DNA of 51,540 nucleotides from sequence record ON711395.1; one strand, given 5' to 3'. Below the pieces are notes generated by a model that ran no database searches, was not told the DNA's origin, and worked only from the letters and a program-made list of their open reading frames with translations. Positions 9,764 to 19,900 of the stretch are shown piece after piece (within the stretch, counting starts at the first letter, position 1; each line of letters begins with the position of its first letter). The stretch is from Escherichia phage brachmannus. Both the position numbers and the translations under genes were made by a program.

Positions 9764-10426
9764 ATGCACTTGCCTAATGGTTCTCAAATTTTCATCGGCG
9801 TTAATATGGGTGAGCCAATTAGCGCTACTCAAATCACCAATGCTGATAATCCTGTTTTTACAGCTGCAAACACTCAAAGCATCAAAAAAGGCGCTTATGT
9901 TCTTATTGAAACATCTTCTTGGGGCAAACTTGTTAGTCGAGTGCTTCGAGTTAAGGAAGTATCAGATAATGTAAGTGTTACTCTTGAAGGTGTTAGCACT
10001 AAAGATACAAACGTATTTCCAGAAGGACAGAACACAGCAACGTTCCGAGAAGTGAAATCTTGGGTGGAGGTTCCTTGCGTACAGGATCTTGCGCAGGACG
10101 GCGGCGAGCAACAGTATTACACTTATCAGTGTTTGGCTGATGACCAGGAACAGCAGTTGCCGACATACAAGAGCGCCGTTTCTCTTACCTATACTTTCGC
10201 GCATGAATATGATAATCCGATTTATCCGATCTTGCGCAAGGCTGAGGAATCCGGCGACGTAACCGCTTTGCGTATGTACGTGCCGAAAGCTAAAGAGATG
10301 CGTTGCTGGGCTGGCGTATTGTCTTTTAATGACATTCCGCAAACCACTATGAACGAAATGGAAACTGTTTCCCTTTCCGTATCTCTGAAAGGTCGATTCA
10401 CGTTCTTACCTTCTGACGTTAAGTAA
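9764..10426 (+). CDS. major tail protein
   Basis: 220 aa, RBS AAGGAGG, followed by strong intrinsic terminator, directly upstream of chaperone and tape measure genes. Confidence 0.6.
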   Translation: MHLPNGSQIFIGVNMGEPISATQITNADNPVFTAANTQSIKKGAYVLIETSSWGKLVSRVLRVKEVSDNVSVTLEGVSTKDTNVFPEGQNTATFREVKSWVEVPCVQDLAQDGGEQQYYTYQCLADDQEQQLPTYKSAVSLTYTFAHEYDNPIYPILRKAEESGDVTALRMYVPKAKEMRCWAGVLSFNDIPQTTMNEMETVSLSVSLKGRFTFLPSDVK

Positions 10427-10428
10427 AA

Positions 10429-10453
10429 CAAGGGGCGTTGCGCCCCTTTTTTC
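10429..10453 (+). terminator. intrinsic terminator after major tail gene
   Basis: GGGGCG-TTG-CGCCCC stem then T6. Confidence 0.75.
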
Positions 10454-10493
10454 ATTCCTGTAAAATCAATCTATCAAATAAATTAATTCCACT

Positions 10494-10510
10494 TTTAACA
10501 AAAAGTGCTA
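10494..10510 (-). promoter_or_regulatory. conserved motif copy in inverted orientation abutting RBS of tail chaperone gene
   Basis: plus strand reads TTTTAACAAAAAGTGCTATAAGGAG. Confidence 0.5.
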
Positions 10511-10525
10511 TAAGGAGATCTTGAG

Positions 10526-10843
10526 ATGGCAAAGATGAAACTAACGTTAGGCCCACTGCCTGATTTTAAACTGCCTGTTTCTTTCGTGCTTCCAAATGGT
10601 GATGAGCAAGTTATTGTTTTCACTGTGCGCCACAAGAAGGCAAGCGAGATTCACGAACGATACACGGCAGAAAAGCCGATGAGCGACGTAGAAATGATCA
10701 CCTTCCTTGCTTCCGGTTGGGATCTGGAAGATGAATTTAACGAGGAAAACGTTGCTAAATTGCTGGATTATTACCCTTCTGCGTCATTATCGCTGACTGG
10801 TCATTATATGAAAGCACTTGCGGGGCAGCGGGTAAAAAACTAA
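10526..10843 (+). CDS. tail assembly chaperone (lambda G-like)
   Basis: 105 aa, between major tail protein and tape measure, ends 3 nt after slippery A_AAA_AAC. Confidence 0.7.
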   Translation: MAKMKLTLGPLPDFKLPVSFVLPNGDEQVIVFTVRHKKASEIHERYTAEKPMSDVEMITFLASGWDLEDEFNEENVAKLLDYYPSASLSLTGHYMKALAGQRVKN

Positions 10844-11160
10844 AGCGGGCGGTTTACCTGTTTTACCTCAAGCCGCCAACTGACGCACAATTAGAGGCCG
10901 TCGGCCTATCCCGTTCAGACTACGAAGGGGAGGAGCCGCCGGAGGTAATTTTTGATGAATCAATGTTTCAATCTTGGGATCTGTTTTGCGCAATGCAGAC
11001 GCAATGGAGATCTACTAGCGGCAGCGTGTATGGGTTCGACTATAACGTTTTGCCCATGCTTTTTGACATTTACAAGATTGATGATCGTGAGATGGCGCTA
11101 AATGATTTGCGCATCATGGAACAAAAGGCGCTAGAAATGATTCATTCAAACAAAACATAA
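10526..11160 (+). CDS. tail assembly chaperone frameshift product (lambda GT-like), -1 shift at about 10834-10840
   Basis: -1 frame is open from before 10801 through 11160 with no stop; heptamer A_AAA_AAC in zero frame; downstream ORF 10963-11160 lies in that -1 frame. Confidence 0.6.
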
Positions 11161-11181
11161 GCGCCGCGAGGCGCTTTTTTA
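11158..11181 (+). terminator. hairpin + T-run between chaperone and tape measure genes
   Basis: GCGCC-GCGA-GGCGC stem then T6. Confidence 0.5.
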
Positions 11182-11199
11182 ATATCTGGAGGTTTTAAA

Positions 11200-13881
11200 A
11201 TGGCTGAAAAATACGCTGGCCTAACGCTAGGCGTTGACGTGTCGCAGGTCAACAATGCTGTTAAATCATTGCAGCAATTCAAGAAGGCAAACGACGACGC
11301 AAAAAAAAGCGTTAATGAATTTGTTGATTCTGAGGTTGTGGCCCGACAGCAAGCAAAACAGCTTGCCGAAGAACTGGCGCGCCAGAAAGCAGAATTTAAG
11401 AAAATCCAGGAGTCAATTGATCCCACCGCATCAAAGATGGATAAGCTGAGAAAGGCAGCGACACAGCTTGATGCGCTATGGAAAAAGGGCGTTGTTCCTG
11501 ATCAGACTTTTTTTGAGCTTGGGGCAATTCTTGAGACGCAGCAAAACAAGCTGATCGCAACAAAAAAAGCGATGACAGAGGAAGGCCGCGCGGCGCTTGA
11601 GGAATCAAAGAACAAGGCGCGTGCAGCGGAAGAGGCTAAAAAATTCGTCCAGGCTTTGCGTGAGCAGGAAGAAGCAGCAGGAAAAAGCAAGTCTGAATTG
11701 CTGGAAATGAAAGCGGCACAGCTTGGAGTTAGCCAGGAGGCAGCACCTTACATCGCAAGGCTGAAAGAGCAGGAAAAGCAGATCCAGAAACTTGGGATTT
11801 CTACAGGCCAATACAAACAAGCAATGGCGCAATTGCCAATGCAGATCACAGACGTGGTGACTTCACTTGCTTCTGGTATGCCCGTTTGGTTGGTCGCAGT
11901 CCAGCAGGGTGGACAGATCAAGGATTCTTTTGGTGGTGCATCCAATGCTTTAAAGGCGTTGCTATCTTTCCTGAATCCAGTAAACGTGGCGTTTGGCTTG
12001 CTTTCCGGCACGATGGCAATTGCTGCATATAATTCCTACAAAGCACAGACAGAGCTTGAGGCAATTAAAAAAACCGTTCAGGAAACAACTGGCTTGAGTG
12101 GTGAGTTTGCCGAAAAGATTGCTATAGGAATCCAGGAGCTTTCCGACAAGACAGGCGAAAGCGCCGAAGATCTGGCAAAGGCTTACATAACAACGAAAGA
12201 CGGCGCGAGCGAGGCGATTAAAAAACTGGTTGACGTTGGAATGACTTATGATGACGCAAAAAAGAAAGTCAACGAGTACAAGGGCGCGTCTAGCTTTGTC
12301 AGCTTGAATAACGAAATTGCAAACCACAAAAACAAAGTCCTTGAGTTGGGTGAGTCGTGGTATGAAGTTTTGAAAGCTAAGCGTGATTACGCTTCCCCGT
12401 CCGGCGGCCTGTTAGGTAAAGAGCTTGGCTATGTTAATCCTATGCTTAAGTTTGCACTTAACACTTATGAAGACATTGGAAAGGTCGTAAAAGATGCGAA
12501 TAAGGACATGGCGGAACGAGCGGAGCGAATCGACAAAGAAAACCTGTCATTAAACAGAGTGCGAGCGGCGCAAGAGGCTTTAAACAAAGCCATTGAGGAT
12601 CAGAAGGGCGTGGCGCGTTCTGCTGATGAAGAACTGAAAAAGCGCGCGGCTGAAAACGTGGAGTTCAGACGCAAAGAGCTTGAGGAGATCAAGAAGCAGG
12701 AGCAGAAAAAGAAAGAGGCTAAAGGGGGAATAGTTCGCGGCCCTACTGAGCAGCTTGATAAAGAGTTGTACGTTTTAAAAGCGCAACTGGAAACTCTTAA
12801 AGAGCATCGCACTGTTAACGATGTTATTTCTCGCCAGCGTAAATCTTTATGGAGCATCGAAAAGCAGATCGAGATCCTGGAGAATGCGCAGAGCAAGCGG
12901 AAATTGACGGGAGCGGAACAGGCGCTACTAAACGAGCAAAAAGCCGTTCTTGAAATGGCAAGGCAAAAAGCTGAGCTAGGGGATCAGATTGTTTTGCAGG
13001 AGCGCAAAAACAAGCTGGAGCAAGATAGTCTTAAGTTTATCCGTGAAACGGAGGCGGCTATTGATGCGATTGGCCTTAAGCAACTTGGCTACACTGAAAA
13101 GCAGATCGAGCGTGAGCTAGAGTTACGCAAGCTGCGCACCGACTACGAGGCGCAAGGCGGAAGCGTTAGCGACGAAGTTTTTCAGCAAATGGAGACGAAA
13201 CTTAAGCTGTATTACCAGGCGCAAGACGAGGCGCAAGGAAACTGGTTAGCCGGAGCAAAGAACGCATGGGAGCTATTCGCGGAAGATGCAAACAATGCCT
13301 ATGGCAATGTTCAGCAGATTGCAAGCGAGGCGTTAAACGGCCTTACAAACCAATTAGCGAATTTTATCGCTACTGGCAAGGCAAACTTTAAAGACTTCTC
13401 GACTGCTATCATCAAAATGATTATTCAGATGATCACGAAAATGGTTGTCTTTAATGCGTTATCTGGCCTGATGGGTGGTCAAACCTGGACGATGGGGAGC
13501 TTGCTTAAGAATATTGGCGGATTTGCTGGCGGTGGATATACTGGCGACGGCGGGAAGTATGAGCCAGCCGGAATTGTTCATAAGGGTGAATTTGTCATGA
13601 CGAAGGAGGCAACGCAGCGTATCGGAGTAGGCAACTTGTACCGCATGATGCGAGGCTATGCTAACGGCGGCGTTGTTGGTGGTTCCGGCTATACTGGCGG
13701 TGGCACTGTCACTGGTGGAGCACCTCAATTTAACATCGGTGGGATTGATGTTAGCATCAATAACGGCAATGATCCGAAGGGTATCGAAACTGGTGTTAAG
13801 ATGATCTTTACTGATATGATTAGACGTTCCTGTATGCAGGGCGGGGAGGTTTACGAATTTGTTATGAGCAAGCGAGGTTGA
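11200..13881 (+). CDS. tail tape measure protein
   Basis: 893 aa, long coiled-coil, Gly-rich C-terminal region, canonical position. Confidence 0.9.
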   Translation: MAEKYAGLTLGVDVSQVNNAVKSLQQFKKANDDAKKSVNEFVDSEVVARQQAKQLAEELARQKAEFKKIQESIDPTASKMDKLRKAATQLDALWKKGVVPDQTFFELGAILETQQNKLIATKKAMTEEGRAALEESKNKARAAEEAKKFVQALREQEEAAGKSKSELLEMKAAQLGVSQEAAPYIARLKEQEKQIQKLGISTGQYKQAMAQLPMQITDVVTSLASGMPVWLVAVQQGGQIKDSFGGASNALKALLSFLNPVNVAFGLLSGTMAIAAYNSYKAQTELEAIKKTVQETTGLSGEFAEKIAIGIQELSDKTGESAEDLAKAYITTKDGASEAIKKLVDVGMTYDDAKKKVNEYKGASSFVSLNNEIANHKNKVLELGESWYEVLKAKRDYASPSGGLLGKELGYVNPMLKFALNTYEDIGKVVKDANKDMAERAERIDKENLSLNRVRAAQEALNKAIEDQKGVARSADEELKKRAAENVEFRRKELEEIKKQEQKKKEAKGGIVRGPTEQLDKELYVLKAQLETLKEHRTVNDVISRQRKSLWSIEKQIEILENAQSKRKLTGAEQALLNEQKAVLEMARQKAELGDQIVLQERKNKLEQDSLKFIRETEAAIDAIGLKQLGYTEKQIERELELRKLRTDYEAQGGSVSDEVFQQMETKLKLYYQAQDEAQGNWLAGAKNAWELFAEDANNAYGNVQQIASEALNGLTNQLANFIATGKANFKDFSTAIIKMIIQMITKMVVFNALSGLMGGQTWTMGSLLKNIGGFAGGGYTGDGGKYEPAGIVHKGEFVMTKEATQRIGVGNLYRMMRGYANGGVVGGSGYTGGGTVTGGAPQFNIGGIDVSINNGNDPKGIETGVKMIFTDMIRRSCMQGGEVYEFVMSKRG

Positions 13882-13883
13882 TA

Positions 13884-14234
13884 ATGAAGCTGGATCAGTT
13901 TAAGTGGTGTACGCAGGTTCAGAACGGCGGCGGGGCAATGACGTCATCGAATAACGATCGAGAGATTGCATTCGGTAACGGATACACACAGGTAGCATCT
14001 GGAGGTTTTAACACAATCCGGCGAGAGTTTAGCATTGTTTACGCTGGGCTTGATTACAGAGATGTTGTCAAGTTCCTGAATGAGCACAGGCTAAAGCCTT
14101 TCTTGTGGATCATGCCTGATGGAAGCCCTGGATTGTTCAGGGTGAAAAGCGGCAGCGTCGGCCTTACTCCACTGTCGCCAACCGTTCAGGAAGTAAAAGC
14201 CACTTTTACGGAGCAATTTACATCAATGCAATAA
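13884..14234 (+). CDS. minor tail protein (lambda M-like)
   Basis: about 116 aa directly after tape measure (track start 13878 is TTG); followed by terminator. Confidence 0.6.
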   Translation: MKLDQFKWCTQVQNGGGAMTSSNNDREIAFGNGYTQVASGGFNTIRREFSIVYAGLDYRDVVKFLNEHRLKPFLWIMPDGSPGLFRVKSGSVGLTPLSPTVQEVKATFTEQFTSMQ

Positions 14235-14237
14235 TTT

Positions 14238-14264
14238 AAAGCCGCCTTTGTGCGGCTTTTTTCT
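14238..14264 (+). terminator. intrinsic terminator after M-like gene
   Basis: AAGCCGC-loop-GCGGCTT then T-run. Confidence 0.65.
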
Positions 14265-14296
14265 TGATGTTACAATGAGCAAAAAGGAGGTAGAAA

Positions 14297-15058
14297 ATGG
14301 CTAATAAAGAATCAGGTAGAGTTGAATTTGAGAACTGCCTACAAAGTTTGTACCCAGGAGAAATTATAACGCTTGTAGAGATTGACGGGACGAAGTTCGG
14401 AGCAAATATTTACCGATTTCACAATGAGAACATCTCTTATACTGCCGAGGAATTAATGCAAGCGCAGCAAACCGGAATCTTGCCGCCGAAAGATATTATT
14501 TTCCAGGGTGAGGTTTACGGAGCGCGGCCTTTCGGTGTGAGCGGGATTAACTTCACAAGTAACGGCAGGGCAGATAAGCCTCAGCTTATAGTGTCAAACC
14601 TTGACAGCAGGGTTAGCGCCATGATCAGAAATTACAATGGCATGATGCAAGCAAAGGTGACTTTCTGGATCACGGCAAAGGAATTTATCGGAGAAGGCGG
14701 GGCAATCAAAGATGGCGCTTACAGAAAATTGGTTTATTACATTGAGCGCCCAAGCCAGTATAATAGAGAGGTGGCGAAATTTGATCTGACGTCGCCTTAC
14801 GATATGGATGGACTGATGATCCCGCCGCGCATCACTCAAAGCGTTTGCTATTGGGCGCAAAGGGGGTGGTACAGGAGCGGAAAGGGTTGCTCTTATAACG
14901 GATCGGCAATGTTCGATAAAGACAATAAGCCAGTAACAGATCCATCGCAAGACTATTGCGCAGGAACTGTAACGGCTTGCAAATTGAGATTCGGTCAGCA
15001 AAACGAGTTGGATTTCGGCGGTTGCGCGGTGGCGTCACTGCTACGGAGGAATCAATAA
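14297..15058 (+). CDS. minor tail protein (lambda L-like)
   Basis: 253 aa with C-terminal cysteine cluster as in lambda gpL Fe-S site; synteny M-L-K-I-J. Confidence 0.7.
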   Translation: MANKESGRVEFENCLQSLYPGEIITLVEIDGTKFGANIYRFHNENISYTAEELMQAQQTGILPPKDIIFQGEVYGARPFGVSGINFTSNGRADKPQLIVSNLDSRVSAMIRNYNGMMQAKVTFWITAKEFIGEGGAIKDGAYRKLVYYIERPSQYNREVAKFDLTSPYDMDGLMIPPRITQSVCYWAQRGWYRSGKGCSYNGSAMFDKDNKPVTDPSQDYCAGTVTACKLRFGQQNELDFGGCAVASLLRRNQ

Positions 15059-15789
15059 TGATTAGTGCAAAAATTAAACTTGAAATAATGCAGCACGTTA
15101 AAGAGGAATACCCTAAAGAGGCTTGCGGCGTCATAACTCAAAAGTCACGGGTACAGAAATATCACCGCATAACCAACGTGCATGACGATCCAGAAAATCA
15201 TTTTGAAATGGACGCCGTAGAATACGCTGAATCGCTCGACAAAGGCGAATTAATCGCGGTGGTGCATTCCCATTGCGGTGATGGTGCTAGTACGATACCG
15301 AGCGCGCACGACTCATGTATGTGCGATGAAATGGGTGTGTCGTGGATTATAGTGTCATGGCCCGAAGGTGATATGAGAATTGTCGAGCCGCAGGAGAGGC
15401 AGCTTATCGGTCGACCGTGGTCGCTTGGGTCGTTCGATTGCTGGGGTCTTATCATGGCGTGGCATAAACAGCACGGAGTAGTATTGAATGACTTCCGAAA
15501 GCCTTACGAGTGGTGGAAGTCAGAATATGGTGAAAATCTTTACCAGGATAATTATTTGAAAGAGGGATTTGTTGAAACTAACGAACCTCCAAAACCTGGT
15601 GATATGGTGATTATGCAGCTATCATCGCCAGTCTGGAATCATGCGGGGATTTATTTGGGTAACAATCAGCTATTACATCATGCGTTTGGAAAGCTATCTC
15701 GCATTGACTTGTATTCTGGATGGTATCAGGAGCACACTGTGAAAATTTGCCGACATAAGGATCTGAAATATGACATTGAAAGTAATTAA
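15058..15789 (+). CDS. tail tip protein (lambda K-like; JAB/MPN + NlpC/P60 domains)
   Basis: ATG 15058 overlaps stop of L gene; HSH...D JAMM-like motif and Cys/His NlpC/P60-like motifs (DCWGL, HAGIY). Confidence 0.75.
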   Translation: MISAKIKLEIMQHVKEEYPKEACGVITQKSRVQKYHRITNVHDDPENHFEMDAVEYAESLDKGELIAVVHSHCGDGASTIPSAHDSCMCDEMGVSWIIVSWPEGDMRIVEPQERQLIGRPWSLGSFDCWGLIMAWHKQHGVVLNDFRKPYEWWKSEYGENLYQDNYLKEGFVETNEPPKPGDMVIMQLSSPVWNHAGIYLGNNQLLHHAFGKLSRIDLYSGWYQEHTVKICRHKDLKYDIESN

Positions 15790-16366
15790 ACTATCTGGTT
15801 CCCTGGGGCGTAGATTTGGCGTCTTTCACAAAATGGCGGTTGACTCATACCCCGAAGCAATACGCGCGTTATCTTCCCAGGTTGACGGGTTCAAAGACTA
15901 CATGCAAAGCGAAGTTGGATCGCGCATGAAGTATGCTATATTCGTTGACGGTAAAAACATTGGTCAGCATGATGAAAAATCATGGAAGTGCGCGCGAGAG
16001 GTTAGAATAGTTCCTGTTCCAACTGGTTCTAAGTCCGGCGGCCTGTTCAATGTTGTTTTTGGTGCTGTAATTATGGCTACTGCGTTCATTACTGGCGGTG
16101 CAAGCCTGGCGGCTATGGGCGCTTTTGCATCTTCCGCATTTATGATGGGTGGTGCTATCGCGCTTGGCGGTGTCATGCAAATGATCTCACCGCAGCAGGG
16201 CGGAATAAAACTGCAAAGCCAATCAGCAGAAAACAAGCCTTCTTACGCTTTCGGCGGCGCAGTAAATACCACGGCGGCAGGCTATCCGGTTCCTTTGCCA
16301 TATGGATATAGGACAGTAGGCGGCGCGATCTGGTCGGCTGGCAGCTACGCAGAGGACAAAGCATAA
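15770..16366 (+). CDS. tail assembly protein (lambda I-like)
   Basis: 198 aa with glycine/alanine-rich hydrophobic C-terminal half; synteny. Confidence 0.7.
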   Translation: MTLKVIKLSGSLGRRFGVFHKMAVDSYPEAIRALSSQVDGFKDYMQSEVGSRMKYAIFVDGKNIGQHDEKSWKCAREVRIVPVPTGSKSGGLFNVVFGAVIMATAFITGGASLAAMGAFASSAFMMGGAIALGGVMQMISPQQGGIKLQSQSAENKPSYAFGGAVNTTAAGYPVPLPYGYRTVGGAIWSAGSYAEDKA

Positions 16367-16367
16367 A

Positions 16368-16386
16368 TAGCACAATATGTTAAAGC
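16368..16386 (+). promoter_or_regulatory. conserved motif variant TAGCACAATATGTTAAAGC + 8-bp hairpin + TACAAT upstream of HNH gene
   Basis: same cassette architecture as early-gene copies. Confidence 0.5.
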
Positions 16387-16427
16387 GAAAACGGATTTTC
16401 GCTTTACAATTAATTAAGGAGATGATC

Positions 16428-16904
16428 ATGTGGCGTGATATTTTTTATTATAATGACGGTAAGTTATTTTGGGCTGTAGACGTAGGAAGAAGGATAAAGA
16501 AAGGAAGTGAGGCAGGAAGCGTAAGCAAAAGCAAGAAGAGTGGAGAAAGGGTTAGAATATCAATTGATGGAGAAAGATACTACAGGAGCAGGATAGTTTG
16601 GGAAATTCATAATGGAGAAATACCGCATGGAATGCAAGTTGATCACATAGATCACAACACAATGAACGACAATATTTCAAACTTAAGACTTGTTAGAATG
16701 AGTGTTAACAACAAGAATAAGTCGCTTTACAGGAACAGCAAGACGGGAATTACTGGGGTAAACTTTAGTCGCGGAAAATGGATTGCAAGAGCAAAGATTG
16801 ATGGTGTTAGGCATGAATTTTACTTTGATTCATTTCAGGATGCGGCAGAAAAGAGGATAGAGATTGAAGTTTTAAACAAATTCCACATAAACCACGGAAA
16901 GTAG
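16428..16904 (+). CDS. HNH homing endonuclease with AP2-like DNA-binding domain
   Basis: HNH motif VDHIDHN...NLRL; AT-rich with AGA/AGG arginine codons unlike surrounding genes; inserted between tail genes I and J; paralog at 35773-36246. Confidence 0.8.
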   Translation: MWRDIFYYNDGKLFWAVDVGRRIKKGSEAGSVSKSKKSGERVRISIDGERYYRSRIVWEIHNGEIPHGMQVDHIDHNTMNDNISNLRLVRMSVNNKNKSLYRNSKTGITGVNFSRGKWIARAKIDGVRHEFYFDSFQDAAEKRIEIEVLNKFHINHGK

Positions 16905-16907
16905 ATT

Positions 16908-16933
16908 TAACCAGCATTGCGCTGGTTTTTTTG
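16908..16933 (+). terminator. intrinsic terminator after HNH gene
   Basis: AACCAGC-ATTGC-GCTGGTT then T7. Confidence 0.65.
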
Positions 16934-16981
16934 TGCATTTATAATGAGCAAACCAATAAACAGCACAAAAGGTTAAAAGTC

Positions 16982-19900
16982 ATGGATAAATGTATGATAA
17001 GTGGCAGTAAGGGCGGAAGCAAAAAGCCATACGTGCCAAAAGAGATGGAAGATAACCTGATCTCGATAAACAAGATTAAAGTTTTGCTGGCTGTATCTGA
17101 TGGCGAGTGCGATCCAGACTTCACGTTGCGTGATCTTTATCTTGATGATGTTCCGGTTATTGCCAGCGATGGCACTGTTAACTATGAGGGGGTAACGGCT
17201 GAATATAGACCAGGTACACAGACGCAAGATTACATCCAGGGGTTTACTGACACATCAAGCGAGGTGACAGTTTCGCGAGATATTACAGCAGACAATCCCT
17301 ATATTATCTCTGTAACAAATAAAAATCTTTCTGCAATCAGAATCAAGATTCTGATGCCAGTTGGCATAAAACAGGAGGATAACGGCGATCTTGTTGGTGT
17401 AAGGGTTCAATATGCCGTAGATATGGCTGTTGATGGCGGTTCTTATAGCGAGGTTATGAGAGATGTAATTGACGGCAAGACAAGATCAGGATATGACCGC
17501 AGCAGAAGGATTGATCTTCCTAAGTTTGATGAGCGCGTTTTAATCAGGGTCAAGCGGCTGACTCCAGACAGCACATCTTCAAAGGTGACTGATAAAATCA
17601 AACTGCAAAGTTACGCTGAGGTTGTGGATGCAAAATTCCGTTATCCTCTGACTGGCCTTGTATTCGTAGAGTTTGACAGCGAATTGTTTCCTACGCAAAT
17701 CCCTAACATTTCTATAAAAAAGAAATGGAAGATTATTAATGTGCCAAGCAACTATGATCCAATATCTAGAGAATATCACGGGTCATGGGATGGGACTTTT
17801 AAAAAAGCGTGGTCAAATAATCCTGCTTGGGTTCTTTATGATCTGGTAACGAATCAGCGTTATGGACTTGACCAGCGAGAGTTAGGAATACAGATCGACA
17901 AGTGGAGCTTATACGAGGCTGGTGTTTACTGTGATCAGAAAGTTCCAGACGGTAAGGGCGGTACAGAGCCTCGCTACCTATGCGATGTGGTGATCCAGAA
18001 TCAGGTTGAGGCTTATCAGCTAATCCGTGACATTTGCTCAATCTTTCGCGGAATGAGCTTTTGGAATGGAGAGAGCTTATCAATCGTAATTGATAAACCG
18101 CGCGATCCATCATACGTGTTTACTAATGAAAACGTCATCAACGGTGATTTTCAGTACACAGCAGCAAGCGAAAAAAGCATGTACACGCAATGTAATGTGA
18201 CGTTTGACGACGAACAAAACATGTATCAGCAGGACGTAGAGGGGGTTTTTGATACTGAGGCGGCATTACGATTTGGATACAATCCAACAAGCATTACAGC
18301 GATCGGGTGTACACGCAGGAGCGAAGCGAATCGTCGCGGTCGGTGGGTTTTGAAAACAAACCTTAGAAGCACTACTGTAAACTTTGCTACCGGACTAGAG
18401 GGGATGATTCCATCCATAGGTGATGTGATTGCTATCGCTGATAATTTTCAGAGCAGCAATCTAACGTTAAATCTTTCGGGCCGAGTAATGGAAGTTTCAG
18501 GCTTGCAAGTTTTCGTTCCGTTTAAGGTTGATGCGCGTCCTGGTGATTTTATTATCATCAACAAGCCGGACGGAAAGCCAGTTAAGCGAACGATCTCAAA
18601 GGTGAGCGCAGACGGAAAAACCATTGAGTTAAATATTGGCTTTGGTTTTGATGTTAAGCCTGATACTGTTTTTGCGATTGACCGTACTGACCTTGCGTTG
18701 CAGCAATACGTTGTGACAACTATCAGCAAGGGTGATGACGAAAACGAGTTTACCTATTCAATCACGGCTGTGGAGTACGATCCGAACAAATACGACGAGA
18801 TTGATTATGGAGTAAACATTGATGACAGACCGACTTCAATTGTTCAGCCTGACGTGATGGCAGCGCCTGAGAACGTTAAGATCTCATCTTATTCTCGCGT
18901 CGTGCAGGGTGTTAGCGTTGAGACTATGGTTGTTTCATGGGATAAGGTTCCTTACGCATCGCTTTATGAAATGCAGTGGCGAAAAGGTGATGGTAACTGG
19001 CTGAATACGCCGCAGACAGCTAACAAAGAGATAGAGGTAGAAGGGATTTACTCTGGCAACTACCAAGTAAGGGTGAGATCCGTTTCTGCAAGCGGTAACG
19101 CTTCCCCGTGGTCAAAGATTGCAACCGCCACTCTGACAGGTAAAGTTGGCGAGCCAGGAGCGCCGATTAATCTTACGGCTTCTGATAATGAAGTTTTTGG
19201 CATTCGTGTCAAATGGGGTATGCCGGAAGGATCGGGCGATACGGCTTACATTGAGCTTCACCAATCGCCAGATGGGACGGTGGAAAACTCAAGTTTGCTT
19301 ACGCTGATCCCGTATCCTCAATATGAGTATTGGCATAGCACGTTACCAGCGGGTCAAGTTGTATGGTATAGAATCCGTAGCGTTGACAGGATCGGCAACG
19401 TTTCCGGCTGGACTGACTTTGTTCGCGGCATGGCGTCAGATGATGTTGAATCTGTTTTAGGCGACATTCTGGACAAGATTTTTGATACCGAAGCGGGTCA
19501 AGAAATCAAAGAGAACGCCATAGACAGTGCAAACAAAATCAAAGACCAGGCGCAATCAATCATCCAGAACGCATTGGCAAACGATGCCGATGTGAAGTGG
19601 ACGCGAGTACAAAACGGAAAGCGTAAGGCTGAATATGGTCATGCACTGGAGCTTATTGCTACCGAAACGGAGGCGCGAGTAACTCAAATCGAAGAGTTAA
19701 AGGCGTCAATTGATGAAGATATAGTTTCAAGTATCAAAACCGTTCAGGAAGCGATTGCCAATGAATCAGAGACGCGAGCTACTCAAGTGCAGCAGCTTGA
19801 TTCTAAATTTACGAAGGAAATAGACGGCGTAAAACGAGATACGGCTGCAAGCATTGGCGAGGTAAGGCAAACCATTACCAATGAATCAGAAGCGCGTGCG

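Larger units (their letters stand above)
16367..16933 (+). mobile_element. putative homing endonuclease insertion cassette
   Basis: HNH gene with own motif-hairpin leader and terminator, atypical codon usage, interrupting conserved I-J tail gene pair. Confidence 0.5.
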
